Assembly: GCA_016215455.1 (NCBI GenBank)
Contig: JACRJP010000003.1
Coordinates: 132,657 to 190,626 of the forward strand
Direction: 5' to 3'
Origin: Candidatus Tayloriibacteriota bacterium
GTDB lineage: Bacteria > Patescibacteriota > Minisyncoccia > Phycocordibacterales > PALSA-1337
DNA length: 57,970 nt
Positions 38,502-48,364 of this stretch are shown in pieces. The position numbers and the translations under genes were made by a program. Within the stretch, counting starts at the first letter, position 1. Every line of letters starts with the position of its first letter. The notes under the pieces are model-generated. The model was not told where the DNA came from. It did not search any database and saw only the letters and a program-made list of their open reading frames with translations.

Positions 38502-39635
38502 TTACGTAAAAATAATTTTATGAAGTGTCTCTTGTAGACTTGCAATGTGACGCCCCCACGTAAAATCCTTCATTATTTTTATGCGTGCTGCCTTGCGAGC
38601 ATCGACTGCCCATTCTTGATTTTTTAAAACAAAAAGAATGGCCCGCATAAGGGCTTGCTCATCTTTCTGAGGAATAATCAGCCCGTCACTATGATTGGTA
38701 ATAATTTCCTCATTAGCATTATTCTCAGTAGTAATTACCACTCCACCACAGTACATTGCCTCCATAACCACATTCATCAAACCTTCCCCATCATACGATG
38801 GAAAGATACACATATCAGCATTCATAAAATAATCTTCAGGATATTCCACATGCCCCAAAAAATGCACAACATCTTCAAGACCAGACTCACACATCAACTT
38901 CTCAAGCGACGCCCTGAATGGACCATCGCCTAAAATATAAAGATGCAAGATATAATTCTTGTCTTTCAAGAGTCGTAATGATTTAAAAAGAGTTTGCAAA
39001 CCTTTTCTTTCAATTAGACGTCCTACAAAAACTATATTTGGACCTTTATTTAAAAATAATCCATCAATCAACTTTGGCTCTTTATTAATATTAGCGGCTG
39101 GGTAAACCACAAAATTCCGACGCAACGGTCGATGTAAGATTTTATTCCATTGAAATTCAACATTTTTACTAATCGAGACCGTAGCATCAAATGAATCAAA
39201 CAATGAATCCTCTACCACCATGTCGCGAGGATATCCGCCCAAATTAAGAATATTAGGACGGTCAGTTGGTCGATCAAGTACATCATACAAGTAGTGACTC
39301 CAAATAGCGTCACTTTTATTTTTGATAAGGTCAGCGAGGATAAGTTGATTAAAATACCGCGACTCTGTATTCCAACGACTACGATCACTTCCTGGTTGAA
39401 TATCGTATAAATACCGATACTCTAATGGTACATCATATTCGAAAATTGTAACCTTACCATGAGTATTATTCTTAAAATTGATATAATTTTCAGTTGCTGT
39501 ATATACAGGTTTCGTAGTATATAATTCAACCTCAATATTTGTACGTTTAACCATTTCTTGTATTAACCTTAGTGGGCGACGTTCACCGCCTCCATTGTAA
39601 TACGAAACTCTCGGTTGGATAATGGAAATCTTCAT
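38502..39635 (-). CDS. GT4-family (GT-B) glycosyltransferase
   Basis: MKISIIQPR.., FVGRLIERKG, and the E(x7)E region PSYDGEGLMNVVMEAMYCG. The ATG at 39635 lies 1 nt after the upstream stop. Confidence 0.8.
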   Translation of the reverse strand: MKISIIQPRVSYYNGGGERRPLRLIQEMVKRTNIEVELYTTKPVYTATENYINFKNNTHGKVTIFEYDVPLEYRYLYDIQPGSDRSRWNTESRYFNQLILADLIKNKSDAIWSHYLYDVLDRPTDRPNILNLGGYPRDMVVEDSLFDSFDATVSISKNVEFQWNKILHRPLRRNFVVYPAANINKEPKLIDGLFLNKGPNIVFVGRLIERKGLQTLFKSLRLLKDKNYILHLYILGDGPFRASLEKLMCESGLEDVVHFLGHVEYPEDYFMNADMCIFPSYDGEGLMNVVMEAMYCGGVVITTENNANEEIITNHSDGLIIPQKDEQALMRAILFVLKNQEWAVDARKAARIKIMKDFTWGRHIASLQETLHKIIFT

Positions 39636-39636
39636 G

Positions 39637-40605
39637 CTATCTCTTGGTTTGGCACAACTGATCAAAAATTATTTTTCCAATATCTGTAGTGAGCCAAGAC
39701 ACATACCGCGATACATCGCTTAAAGGCACAAACAATCGCTCTTCTATCTCAAAACCATTCTTATGCGGTATAAAATTTTGTATATTTTTAAGCTTCGCAA
39801 AGTACCTTACCTGCTGAAAGTGCTCGATACATTCTTCACCAAGAAAACCTTTTACTTCAACAGAACCCAAAAGAGAAATAAACTCGCAATCACATTGCGC
39901 TTCCTCCTGTACTTCTCTACGCAGAGCATCTTCAGGTGTTTCCCCTATTTCACATCCGCCACCAGGCAAACTAAAATGTTTCTCTCCAGCATCCCGCACT
40001 ATACAAATATCTCCATTATCTCTACTAACGAAACCGTATATTTGACTAATAGGTATCTGCAGTAAAATCGTGTTAGTGTGATATAAAAATTCATAACTCA
40101 GAGACCGTGCCTTACGGACCGAGAGGATGTAGTTAAATATCTCAAGTATTTGATTATTATCTGTACGAAGTGCTAGTAAAGCACTCGCATCATCTTTTGA
40201 TAACAAGCGTCGTTCTTTTGTTTCTAATGGTTTCCACTCACTATCAATACTGACTATACTTGAATACGTAATCGGTAAAATACTATCCATTGGATATGGC
40301 GAAGAAGGGTCTGCATGGCTAATTTTTATATACCCCACAACCACAACATGTGCAATCTTTACTCCACCTTCTTCCTGTACTTCCCGATGTAATGTTTCCT
40401 GCCAGGTCTCATTATTTTCACGATGCCCGCCTAAAGGATTCCACCAATTATTTTTATCTAGTATCAACATAACTCGATTACTCAAGAAAGGAAAATTAAA
40501 AGGTGTAGTAATATAAGCTCCTTCAGGCAATGTATGCGACTCAACGAATTGAGATGTATAGGTAACTCCCTTTGTCGTAAAGGTAAAAAGTGTGTAATTA
40601 TTCAT
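39637..40605 (-). CDS. Protein with two tandem Nudix hydrolase domains
   Basis: Two complete Nudix boxes: GHRENNETWQETLHREVQEEGGV and GGCEIGETPEDALRREVQEEAQC. Confidence 0.85.
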   Translation of the reverse strand: MNNYTLFTFTTKGVTYTSQFVESHTLPEGAYITTPFNFPFLSNRVMLILDKNNWWNPLGGHRENNETWQETLHREVQEEGGVKIAHVVVVGYIKISHADPSSPYPMDSILPITYSSIVSIDSEWKPLETKERRLLSKDDASALLALRTDNNQILEIFNYILSVRKARSLSYEFLYHTNTILLQIPISQIYGFVSRDNGDICIVRDAGEKHFSLPGGGCEIGETPEDALRREVQEEAQCDCEFISLLGSVEVKGFLGEECIEHFQQVRYFAKLKNIQNFIPHKNGFEIEERLFVPLSDVSRYVSWLTTDIGKIIFDQLCQTKR

Positions 40606-42169
40606 CGAGTTTAGTGTTAATGAGCTTGTTATAGCGCTCTATATTTTTCTCAAACTCTTTTTTCTTATTTTCAGAAGAACCTGAACGCGGTTCGTGGTTA
40701 ATATGATACACACTTGCCGCAATAACTGGTACCACATAATTACCGCCAGCAATCGCTTTTACTCCAAAAAAAGTATCCTCGAGTCCCCAGCCCACAAAAC
40801 TTGTATCAAACCCTCCTACTGATCGAGCTGTCTTTTTTCTCATACTCATATTATGACCAATCACCATAGCCGGAAGATCAAAACATCCGATATGTCGTCC
40901 AAAACCAAAATCCTTGAAATAATTCGTGTCATTCAAAATTTCAATATATGTCGTATGGTCAGAATGATGTATCCCAATCTGATCCTTAACAAGATGTTTC
41001 TTTAATCGCATATCATCGATATCCCACGATACAGGCAAACCCACATCAAGAGATGCACCCTTAGTAAATGTTGTTCCATCTTCAATATTTTTCTTCAAAC
41101 TAACAAAAATAGCATTAGGAATAACTTGATTTCTTGTCGAGTGCTCAAGTAAATAATTATGTGAGAGAAGAATATCTGAATCCAAAAATAAGACCGTATC
41201 GTAGCGTGCTATATCAAGACCAATATTGCGCGCACCAGCTAGTCCAATATTATTTTCTACACGAATAATACGAGGTTGAATTGTGAGAGACCGAATATCA
41301 TCTTTAATACATTCATACAAATTACTCTTTGAACCATCATCGATCAAAATTACATCAAGAGACTTTTTTTGATCCAATGAAAGACTTTGAGACTCAATAG
41401 ACTTAAGTGTTTTAACAATTGTATTCTCCGAGTTAAAACATGGAATGATAATCGACAGAGGTTTAAAATAATTTGTATTCTTTATACTATCTTTTCCAAT
41501 AAGCTCGGTATCAACCAATCTCTTAAACTCAGATTCATAAAAATCATAATTATTACTCATTGAGTTAACCTTCACCTGTAGACTCGGAACATCCATTATT
41601 GTTTCTATCCCGAATCTCTTAGCAAAATTTTGTATTTTAGGATTAAGTGTGCCGAGTTGATCAAACAAAGTTTCTTCTGGTAGATTGAGATTATCTGTAA
41701 TTGTATTCATTTCCGAGCGAGTTACTGGATTTAATTCTTGTTGCCCAACAACCTCCTTTACCAAGTCTTCCTGGTACACAGTCAGAAGATCTCCTACGAA
41801 TGTAGCGTATCCTATACTTGCAATAATCTTTTTGTGAACGTCGAAAAAATCAAGCTTTCTGATCTCGCCAATATGACACTGATTAAAACCAATCGAATAA
41901 GTGAACTTTAGAAAATGTTTAATGTTCTTATTTTGGAGATATATGAACGGCTGTCGCTCAGAAACTTTGCTATCAGTTTCATCTCGTCGTAAGTATCTAA
42001 ACCCACAAATATTGTTAGTGAAATTAATATGTAATAAATCAGAATTCGAAGGACTTTCAAGATATATGGAAAGATCAGATGCAACTGTAGGTAAACCAAG
42101 TTGATCTATAAGCATCTGCAAGACACTAGCTGACTTCTCCTTTGACTCAAGAAAGTAATAGGCTGACAT
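40598..42169 (-). CDS. GT2-family glycosyltransferase with unassigned ~240-aa N-terminal domain
   Basis: The GT-A core has SIIIPCFNSENTI..VILIDDGS..LDSD. I chose the ATG at 42169 (MSAYYFLESK), 4 nt after the upstream stop. Confidence 0.8.
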   Translation of the reverse strand: MSAYYFLESKEKSASVLQMLIDQLGLPTVASDLSIYLESPSNSDLLHINFTNNICGFRYLRRDETDSKVSERQPFIYLQNKNIKHFLKFTYSIGFNQCHIGEIRKLDFFDVHKKIIASIGYATFVGDLLTVYQEDLVKEVVGQQELNPVTRSEMNTITDNLNLPEETLFDQLGTLNPKIQNFAKRFGIETIMDVPSLQVKVNSMSNNYDFYESEFKRLVDTELIGKDSIKNTNYFKPLSIIIPCFNSENTIVKTLKSIESQSLSLDQKKSLDVILIDDGSKSNLYECIKDDIRSLTIQPRIIRVENNIGLAGARNIGLDIARYDTVLFLDSDILLSHNYLLEHSTRNQVIPNAIFVSLKKNIEDGTTFTKGASLDVGLPVSWDIDDMRLKKHLVKDQIGIHHSDHTTYIEILNDTNYFKDFGFGRHIGCFDLPAMVIGHNMSMRKKTARSVGGFDTSFVGWGLEDTFFGVKAIAGGNYVVPVIAASVYHINHEPRSGSSENKKKEFEKNIERYNKLINTKLDE

Positions 42170-42173
42170 AAAT

Positions 42174-43064
42174 TTATCGGGCTTGCATAAGCTTTGCTTG
42201 CAACACATCCCTTTCTATTGCTATGATCTCAGCTATTTCAGGTTGAAATACTTTACGCACATCAAACATACCCAAATAACCAAATTCAGGCTGTGTTGGC
42301 AAAATATCTTTTATTTTTGGAAAATTCTCCCATGTCATCTGAGGTAATTCACCCAAAGGAACGTGTTGAGGAATCTTATGCACCAACTCATCAGTAATTT
42401 TTATAATTTCGGCTATAAGACTAAGGGTGGCCGAGTGTGTAACTATTACAGGTAAACAATCTCGATACTCCTCTGTTTTTTGACTCAATGAGTAAAGGAA
42501 GTCATACTGCCGAAAGGCAAACTCAGCATAATTTTCACCAAAACTTTCAAAATGTCCTTCGAGAGCAGGGTAGCGTAACTTCCCATCTTTATCACAATGA
42601 TCTCCAAATCTATACAATAGATTCTTATACGTAAAAGTCTGCTCCCAGTATGCATCCCAAGCATACTTCAGTGGTTCAAAATAATCCCCATCCTTAAAGC
42701 CCTCTGGGAACCTAATAACACCCTGATCAAGCTCTCTGAGACGCGTATCTGGCTCGACCTCGAACTTAATATCCTCAGGAATACTACCGATAATCAGATC
42801 TACTGTTTCAAGTGCCCTCTTCTTAGTGGAACTCATTATATGAGTCTTCTTTACACCTTTTTCATGACACATAGTAATAATCCCCTCACATATCTCACGT
42901 GCCTTTACTTCTTGATCTGGCTTAAGAGAACTATCTCGATTACACGATACAAGTCTATCGTAATCCTCAAGATGACGGACTCCAATTATTTCGTCTGAGA
43001 CCTGAGTATGAGTAGGAATATGGTCAAATTCATTCATAATGACAATAGAAGGTACACTTGTCAT
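42174..43064 (-). CDS. Histidine phosphatase superfamily-like protein
   Basis: GVRHLE, SSTKKRALET, LRELDQG, FGENYAEF, VTHSATL. 296 aa, larger than typical members. Confidence 0.65.
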   Translation of the reverse strand: MTSVPSIVIMNEFDHIPTHTQVSDEIIGVRHLEDYDRLVSCNRDSSLKPDQEVKAREICEGIITMCHEKGVKKTHIMSSTKKRALETVDLIIGSIPEDIKFEVEPDTRLRELDQGVIRFPEGFKDGDYFEPLKYAWDAYWEQTFTYKNLLYRFGDHCDKDGKLRYPALEGHFESFGENYAEFAFRQYDFLYSLSQKTEEYRDCLPVIVTHSATLSLIAEIIKITDELVHKIPQHVPLGELPQMTWENFPKIKDILPTQPEFGYLGMFDVRKVFQPEIAEIIAIERDVLQAKLMQAR

Positions 43065-43120
43065 ACCTCGTATATTATTGTAAGTATTCTAGCAATATAC
43101 AGACAAAAAGCAATGACCTT

Positions 43121-43729
43121 CTACCTCAAAATACTCGCCAACGAAAATACCCCGAACAATGCAATGAGAACAGCACACACCTTATTAACCAAAACAAGAC
43201 TGTTTCCATTAAAACGATGTCTCAGAAGATCAACAACGACACAGAGTGAGAGCCAACATAGTGCTGCACCAAGAAATACACCGATCACAACGAGTGAAGC
43301 TGCGAAATAATCAGTTGCCACTATTCCTGATCCTGCAAAAAAAGCAATAAAAGCAAATACCGTGAGAGGATTAGTGATGGTGAGAATAAAGGTTGAAAGA
43401 TAAATTCGGAAAGATGATCCTTCCATGAGCTTATCCGTAATCTTATCAGACGGTTTTGCATAGAACATTTTTGCTGCCACATATATAAAGAATATCCCCC
43501 CGACAAGTCGTATCGGCATCTGATAATCAAACAGAAATGAAGAAATACTTGTGAGACCGAAAGCAGCCACCACACCATAGAATGCATCAGCAGTGGCCGC
43601 TCCAAGCCCTGATAGGAAGCCCGCCATCCTTCCCTCCGCAAGAGTTCGACGAGCACATAAAATACCTATAGGTCCCACAGGTGCGGTTATCAAAAAACCA
43701 AGAATAATTCCTTTAAATAAGAAGATCAT
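43121..43729 (-). CDS. LysE/RhtB-family amino-acid exporter
   Basis: 202 aa with 6 TM helices. GFLITAPVGPIGILC.. and ..TITNPLTVFAF patterns. Confidence 0.75.
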   Translation of the reverse strand: MIFLFKGIILGFLITAPVGPIGILCARRTLAEGRMAGFLSGLGAATADAFYGVVAAFGLTSISSFLFDYQMPIRLVGGIFFIYVAAKMFYAKPSDKITDKLMEGSSFRIYLSTFILTITNPLTVFAFIAFFAGSGIVATDYFAASLVVIGVFLGAALCWLSLCVVVDLLRHRFNGNSLVLVNKVCAVLIALFGVFSLASILR

Positions 43730-43732
43730 ACA

Positions 43733-44566
43733 CTAAACGACAAGTAATATCAGACCGGAGATAATACCTACGAATGCTAGTAATTTTATAACGATATGCT
43801 TCTCATGAAAATAGGTATTCCCTGTAATGATAGCCGCCATGATTGCTGTTCCTCGTCGTGCACTACTAATCACCGAAGCTGGTGCATATAGGTATCCAAA
43901 ACTAATCAACATACCACCGATTCCTTTAGAAAATGACTGAACAATAAATTCTTTTTTGAAAAGAAACTTGAAAGGATTTTCTTGTGACTTCCACCGAGCC
44001 ATAATAAACAAAAAGATTAAGAAAAACGGAATTGAAACAATTTGCTGAGCCTCAACTGAATTGTAATTTGTAATTAAATACTTGTAGAGCGAGAGGGTGA
44101 GTACTGCGTTGAAGGTACTGAAGAGAATATACCCCATGCCTCTACTATTCAAACCATGATTTATAAAGAGAAATAGCAAACTGATGATAATAATACTAAT
44201 ACCTATCAAACTATCGAGAGTAAGCTGATATCCGAGTAAGGTATCGACAAGAAGAAGCGAAGGAATTGTTAATACTTGTAAAAATCCCCATGTACTACGC
44301 TCTGCAATAACAATGGCATGGAGCGTCGAAAAGATTTGAGCAATCTCAGCAATAATAAAAAGAATCGTGAGAGGTACTGACGCCACATCGAACACAAAGC
44401 TTTGTCGTACTATCGCCAAGATAATAAAAAACAATAACGCCCAAAAGAGATTAAGAAAACCAAAAGTATATAAACTTTCTTTACGATGATTAATATTCCA
44501 TTTCCCTGCTGTAGAAGAAATTTCATCGAAAAACGTCCCGATAGTTGTAAGCAATATCCCGATCAT
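43733..44566 (-). CDS. Polytopic membrane protein, DMT/EamA-like
   Basis: 277 aa with about 9-10 TM helices in two similar halves. Family call is tentative. Confidence 0.55.
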   Translation of the reverse strand: MIGILLTTIGTFFDEISSTAGKWNINHRKESLYTFGFLNLFWALLFFIILAIVRQSFVFDVASVPLTILFIIAEIAQIFSTLHAIVIAERSTWGFLQVLTIPSLLLVDTLLGYQLTLDSLIGISIIIISLLFLFINHGLNSRGMGYILFSTFNAVLTLSLYKYLITNYNSVEAQQIVSIPFFLIFLFIMARWKSQENPFKFLFKKEFIVQSFSKGIGGMLISFGYLYAPASVISSARRGTAIMAAIITGNTYFHEKHIVIKLLAFVGIISGLILLVV

Positions 44567-44666
44567 TATGAAATGTACACAGATTATACCACCACTCCTG
44601 ATAGGAAATCATCTCATTGCTACAAAATAAAAAGAGAACCAATTAACATGCATGTTGTCGCCCAAG

Positions 44667-45119
44667 CTATTCGATCGCCTGTGTGACTCCTGCAAAAAAT
44701 TTCGTCATGTATTCAAGCCACATTCTCGCATCTTCGGGAGAAGTAAACTCCAAGGGATTACGTGTGGGAATACCTATCTTTCGATACGTGCGCGTGCTCG
44801 TCGTGGTATACGAAACCGTAGCTAATGCTTTTTGAAAGAGTCCCAACTGATATAGACGGAAATAGAAGCAATATGCTTCCCCTCCCTCAGCTGTGTAGCT
44901 CGTAGCTGAAATTCCCACCTGTTCACCATCGTAAGCAAGACGAGCAAGAACCAGACCTTCATCAACGAAAGCAAACCTCTCATAAGGATCCGAGAAGGTT
45001 ACACTGAAACCATCACAACTCTCCAGAACAAACTTGGCTGGCTTTGCCCCAAAGATATTCGTAAAGAACTGCACGCGGCTCGATATATCGGCAGCGTCGA
45101 GATGAGGTATTGATTGCAT
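44667..45119 (-). CDS. Hypothetical protein, G+C-rich orphan F (weak VOC-like N terminus)
   Basis: 150 aa. IPHLDAADISSRVQFFTNIFGAKP loosely recalls the first beta-alpha-beta of VOC proteins. Composition is distinct from the flanks. Confidence 0.5.
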   Translation of the reverse strand: MQSIPHLDAADISSRVQFFTNIFGAKPAKFVLESCDGFSVTFSDPYERFAFVDEGLVLARLAYDGEQVGISATSYTAEGGEAYCFYFRLYQLGLFQKALATVSYTTTSTRTYRKIGIPTRNPLEFTSPEDARMWLEYMTKFFAGVTQAIE

Positions 45120-45235
45120 AAACTTTATGAAGGATCTCTACCAAACACAGTACCACGCTATATCACTGAGTCAACCCGTTGAAAGAACCCCTGCTTCCTA
45201 TATACTAGAAACATAAAGGAATTAATAACTTATCA

Positions 45236-46732
45236 ATGAAAATATACAAAATCGCTATTTTGAGCCTAATAATGACTGCGTTCTTTAGTTTTGGAGTATC
45301 ACAAGCTTCAGCATTCGAACTTTCTAACTCAGGTGTTCTACCAAAGGTAGGAGGTAGTATGTGTAAGACTACTGGAGAATACGAGACAGAGTGGCATTTC
45401 AATATTAATCAAATCACAACTGGAACACAGCCTGCGTCTATCACTGTAACCTTTGCTAATGCTGGAACATTTGAGATTCCTTTCTGGAAACTCACCGGTG
45501 GAAATGCTCACTATCTCTTGGCAACTTCAACAATGCCAGATCTCTACCCTGGTATTCTCACTGATACACTACTTTCTGCTTCAGCAGTAGTACCCGAAGG
45601 TTACAGTGGAAACTTTGTACTTTCACACTGGCCTTGTATCAAACCTCTCATAGTAACAAAGACAGCGACAACAGCGTTTGATCGAAATTGGAACTGGATA
45701 ATCAACAAGACAGCCGACACAAATACTCTCACCCTTGCAGATGGTCAACAGATGCCGGTCAACTACACTGTCGCAGTTGATGCAACATCAGCTGACAGTA
45801 ATTGGAATGTTTCAGGAGTAGTTACTGTAACAAACCCTCTTGATAACCCAAGTGCAACTATCGAAAGTATCAGTGATGTCATGAGTACAGCTGGTTCTGT
45901 AGCACTTGATTGTGGAATAACCTTCCCTTATGTTCTCCCGTCAGGCTCTTCACTTTCATGTACCTACAACCAGACTCTCACAGGTCCCGTTGATCAAACA
46001 AACACAGCGACAGTTGCGGTAAGTGGTCTTGCTATCGGAAGTTCGACATCAACTCCAGTTACCTTCAGTACTCTTCCAACAAATGAATATGACGAATGTG
46101 TCACCCTTTCAGATACAAATACTAAAGGACCACAGCAGCGGGTATGTGCTACTGACACTCAGAAAAACTTCACCTACACTGTCACATTTGGTAAAGATGC
46201 AGGTGCTGATGTAAATCTTGTTTGCGGTATCACAAACTATGGCAACACAGCAACATTCACAACAAACGACACCGCAGCAACAAGTTCAAAAACATGGACA
46301 GTTGATGCAACAGTAGCATGTTCACTTGGTTGTACCCTCACTCAAGGATACTGGAAGACTCACAATGTCTCTTTCAAAGGTGGAGCACGACCTGATGATG
46401 CATGGAACCTTATTGGTGCAGGAGCAGAAAATACTCTCTTTGGTGTAAGTGGCAAATCATGGTTCACTAACTTCTGGACTGCTCCAGCAGGAAATGTGTA
46501 CTATAACCTCGCTCACCAGTTCATGGCAGCAACACTCAACAAGTTGAATGGTGCAAGTACTCCAGCTTCAGTAACAGCAGCCCTTACATCTGCAGGTAAT
46601 CTCTTGAACTCAACAACACCAGCAGCTGCAGCAAATCTTAAGGGTGCTCAAAAAACAACTTGGACAACTCTCGCAGGTATTCTCGGAAGTTACAATGAAG
46701 GAACAACAGGTCCTGGACATTGTTCTGAGTAA
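45236..46732 (+). CDS. Secreted Thr/Ser-rich protein with Ig-like repeats and Cys-containing C-terminal domain, function unknown
   Basis: Signal peptide MKIYKIAILSLIMTAFFSFGVSQASA, beta-rich repeats, and C-terminal CSLGCTLTQGYWKTHN..GPGHCSE. Confidence 0.75.
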   Translation: MKIYKIAILSLIMTAFFSFGVSQASAFELSNSGVLPKVGGSMCKTTGEYETEWHFNINQITTGTQPASITVTFANAGTFEIPFWKLTGGNAHYLLATSTMPDLYPGILTDTLLSASAVVPEGYSGNFVLSHWPCIKPLIVTKTATTAFDRNWNWIINKTADTNTLTLADGQQMPVNYTVAVDATSADSNWNVSGVVTVTNPLDNPSATIESISDVMSTAGSVALDCGITFPYVLPSGSSLSCTYNQTLTGPVDQTNTATVAVSGLAIGSSTSTPVTFSTLPTNEYDECVTLSDTNTKGPQQRVCATDTQKNFTYTVTFGKDAGADVNLVCGITNYGNTATFTTNDTAATSSKTWTVDATVACSLGCTLTQGYWKTHNVSFKGGARPDDAWNLIGAGAENTLFGVSGKSWFTNFWTAPAGNVYYNLAHQFMAATLNKLNGASTPASVTAALTSAGNLLNSTTPAAAANLKGAQKTTWTTLAGILGSYNEGTTGPGHCSE

Positions 46733-46760
46733 GTACATTAGTTGATTCACTCAACAACAA

Positions 46761-46788
46761 AAAACCACCAGTTATCTGGTGGTTTTTT
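46761..46788. terminator. Bidirectional rho-independent terminator
   Basis: AAAA-CCACCAG-TTAT-CTGGTGG-TTTTTT. Confidence 0.8.
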
Positions 46789-46796
46789 GTTGAATA

Positions 46797-47201
46797 CTAT
46801 CTATTCAAATACGTTATAGTTAACTGTAGGACTGTCGCAAACGAGACCCATAAGAGATATGGGATGTTCACATACACAACCCAGCGTACATCTGCTGTCG
46901 TATGCCAGATTGCCCACAATGACCATATGAGAGTTCCGAGAACTAAGAGTATATCAATCGCTGACAGAAGATTATTCTTAAGACCAAATTGAAGTGGTGT
47001 AAAGAGAAAATTGAACACAAGATTGAGCACAAAAGGTAGTGCTACTATCCATGGAATCTGTCGAGTAAATACTTTATAAAAAACTGTACCAAAACTTATA
47101 GCAATGATCGCATAAAGGACTGTCCATACTGGACCAAAAATCCAACTCGGTGGAGACCAACTCGGCTTTATTAATTGTGAGTACCAATTGTATGTGTTCA
47201 T
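46797..47201 (-). CDS. TspO/MBR family (tryptophan-rich sensory) protein
   Basis: 134 aa with 5 TM helices. KPSWSPPSWIFGPVWTVLYAIIA. Confidence 0.8.
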   Translation of the reverse strand: MNTYNWYSQLIKPSWSPPSWIFGPVWTVLYAIIAISFGTVFYKVFTRQIPWIVALPFVLNLVFNFLFTPLQFGLKNNLLSAIDILLVLGTLIWSLWAIWHTTADVRWVVYVNIPYLLWVSFATVLQLTITYLNR

Positions 47202-47284
47202 GTCTTTAGTGTAGCACAGTGTAGGATGTGGGGAGAGTATTGACGTAGCTGCTATTGATACAGCACAACGAAGGTAAACTCTAT

Positions 47285-47563
47285 TTACTTATTAAACCTA
47301 CCGAAAATCAATCTTAAAGAATCTATAATAAAAGCCAGAGCAAATACGAGCGCAGAAGCACTTAAAAGAAAACCGAGAATCTCAAACACTACATCTCCAT
47401 GTATAATTCGAAACCACGCTGGAGGATCCCAAGCTACCCCAACCGCAAAAAAGAAAAGCACACCTCCCAAGATGGCGTTTATGACTAACAGGATGAACCA
47501 TTTTTTAGGAGCTGGCGCCTTACCGTTAGTTGTAACTTTAAAGCTTTGATTATTCTCTTGCAT
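47285..47563 (-). CDS. Small membrane protein, function unknown
   Basis: 92 aa with two hydrophobic helices. Confidence 0.55.
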   Translation of the reverse strand: MQENNQSFKVTTNGKAPAPKKWFILLVINAILGGVLFFFAVGVAWDPPAWFRIIHGDVVFEILGFLLSASALVFALAFIIDSLRLIFGRFNK

Positions 47564-47609
47564 AATAAATACATCTTAACACAGTATAGGGCTTTATTAT
47601 TTCTAAAAA

Positions 47610-48122
47610 TTATACTGACTTGAGGTAACCCACAAGTCCATCAGTATCTTCAAAGAAAATAGTATTATTTTTGAACCACTGTTCATTCCTTTTAGAAAGA
47701 GTGAGATCTTTTCGCGATGAGCTCGCAATAATACCTTTCGATGTAATCACCTTATACCCTCTATGAAGAGCTCCAATAGATGTATCCTGAATACAGCCGT
47801 TAGCATTCAATCCCATAAGTAGAACTGTTCCGATGTGTACATCCCTAAGTATTTCATCGAGATTAGTATGAGTAAAACCACTATTATTTGCTTTAATAAT
47901 CACCTTTGAATTCTTGAGCAATTTCCTTAATTTTAAGGTGGTTTCACCTCTAATAATACCTCCAGCCTTGTATTCAAGAAGTATAAAAGGTAATTTCTTT
48001 ATTACACAAATATTGATAATTTCTTTCTGATTATCTAAAAGTTTATTAGAAATAGAGACGGGAAAATTTCTAAGAAAGAAATCTTGCATATCTATAATGA
48101 TTACAGCTATATTTTTCTTCAT
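47610..48122 (-). CDS. Isochorismatase-family cysteine hydrolase
   Basis: 170 aa from the ATG at 48122: MKKNIAVIIIDMQDFF..LMGLNANGCIQDT. The track's 228-aa form reads through the tRNA gene. Confidence 0.8.
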   Translation of the reverse strand: MKKNIAVIIIDMQDFFLRNFPVSISNKLLDNQKEIINICVIKKLPFILLEYKAGGIIRGETTLKLRKLLKNSKVIIKANNSGFTHTNLDEILRDVHIGTVLLMGLNANGCIQDTSIGALHRGYKVITSKGIIASSSRKDLTLSKRNEQWFKNNTIFFEDTDGLVGYLKSV

Positions 48123-48209
48123 AGGAAATCGCGATATTGATAAGTTCAAGCCCGTAACTGGTTTTCGATACTTATCTTTTTCAGAGACCTCAATCAACCT
48201 TACACAACT

Positions 48210-48283
48210 TGGCTGCGGGACTTGGATTCGAACCAAGGTGACAGCTTTCAGAGAGCTGCATCCTACCACTAGATGATCCCGCA
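48210..48283 (-). tRNA. tRNA-Gln (anticodon CUG), CCA encoded
   Basis: rc = TGCGGGA TC ATCT AGTGGTA GGAT G CAGCT CTCTGAA AGCTG TCAC CTTGG TTCGAAT CCAAG TCCCGCA G CCA. Full cloverleaf, U1-A72 and G73 as in bacterial tRNA-Gln, canonical T-loop. Confidence 0.9.
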
Positions 48284-48328
48284 ATGGTTTACTCACCCCT
48301 TTTACATATTGTGTCGGAAATGGTACCT

Positions 48329-48364
48329 TAAAAACCCTTTTTATTCAACATTTAAGGGTTTTTA
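48329..48364 (-). terminator. Possible terminator at the end of the surface operon
   Basis: 11-bp inverted repeat TAAAAACCCTT / AAGGGTTTTTA with a 14-nt loop. The stem is AU-rich and overlaps the last codons, so this is weak. Confidence 0.35.

Noticed and set aside
45236-46732. Diversity-generating retroelement target (variable C-terminal domain of the secreted protein, or of the surface operon proteins).
   Set aside because: No reverse transcriptase gene and no template/variable repeat pair were noticed anywhere in the window.
47610-48296. 228-aa form of the isochorismatase ORF.
   Set aside because: Its first ~30 codons are the reverse complement of a complete tRNA-Gln cloverleaf (48210-48283). 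The enzyme homology starts at the ATG at 48122.
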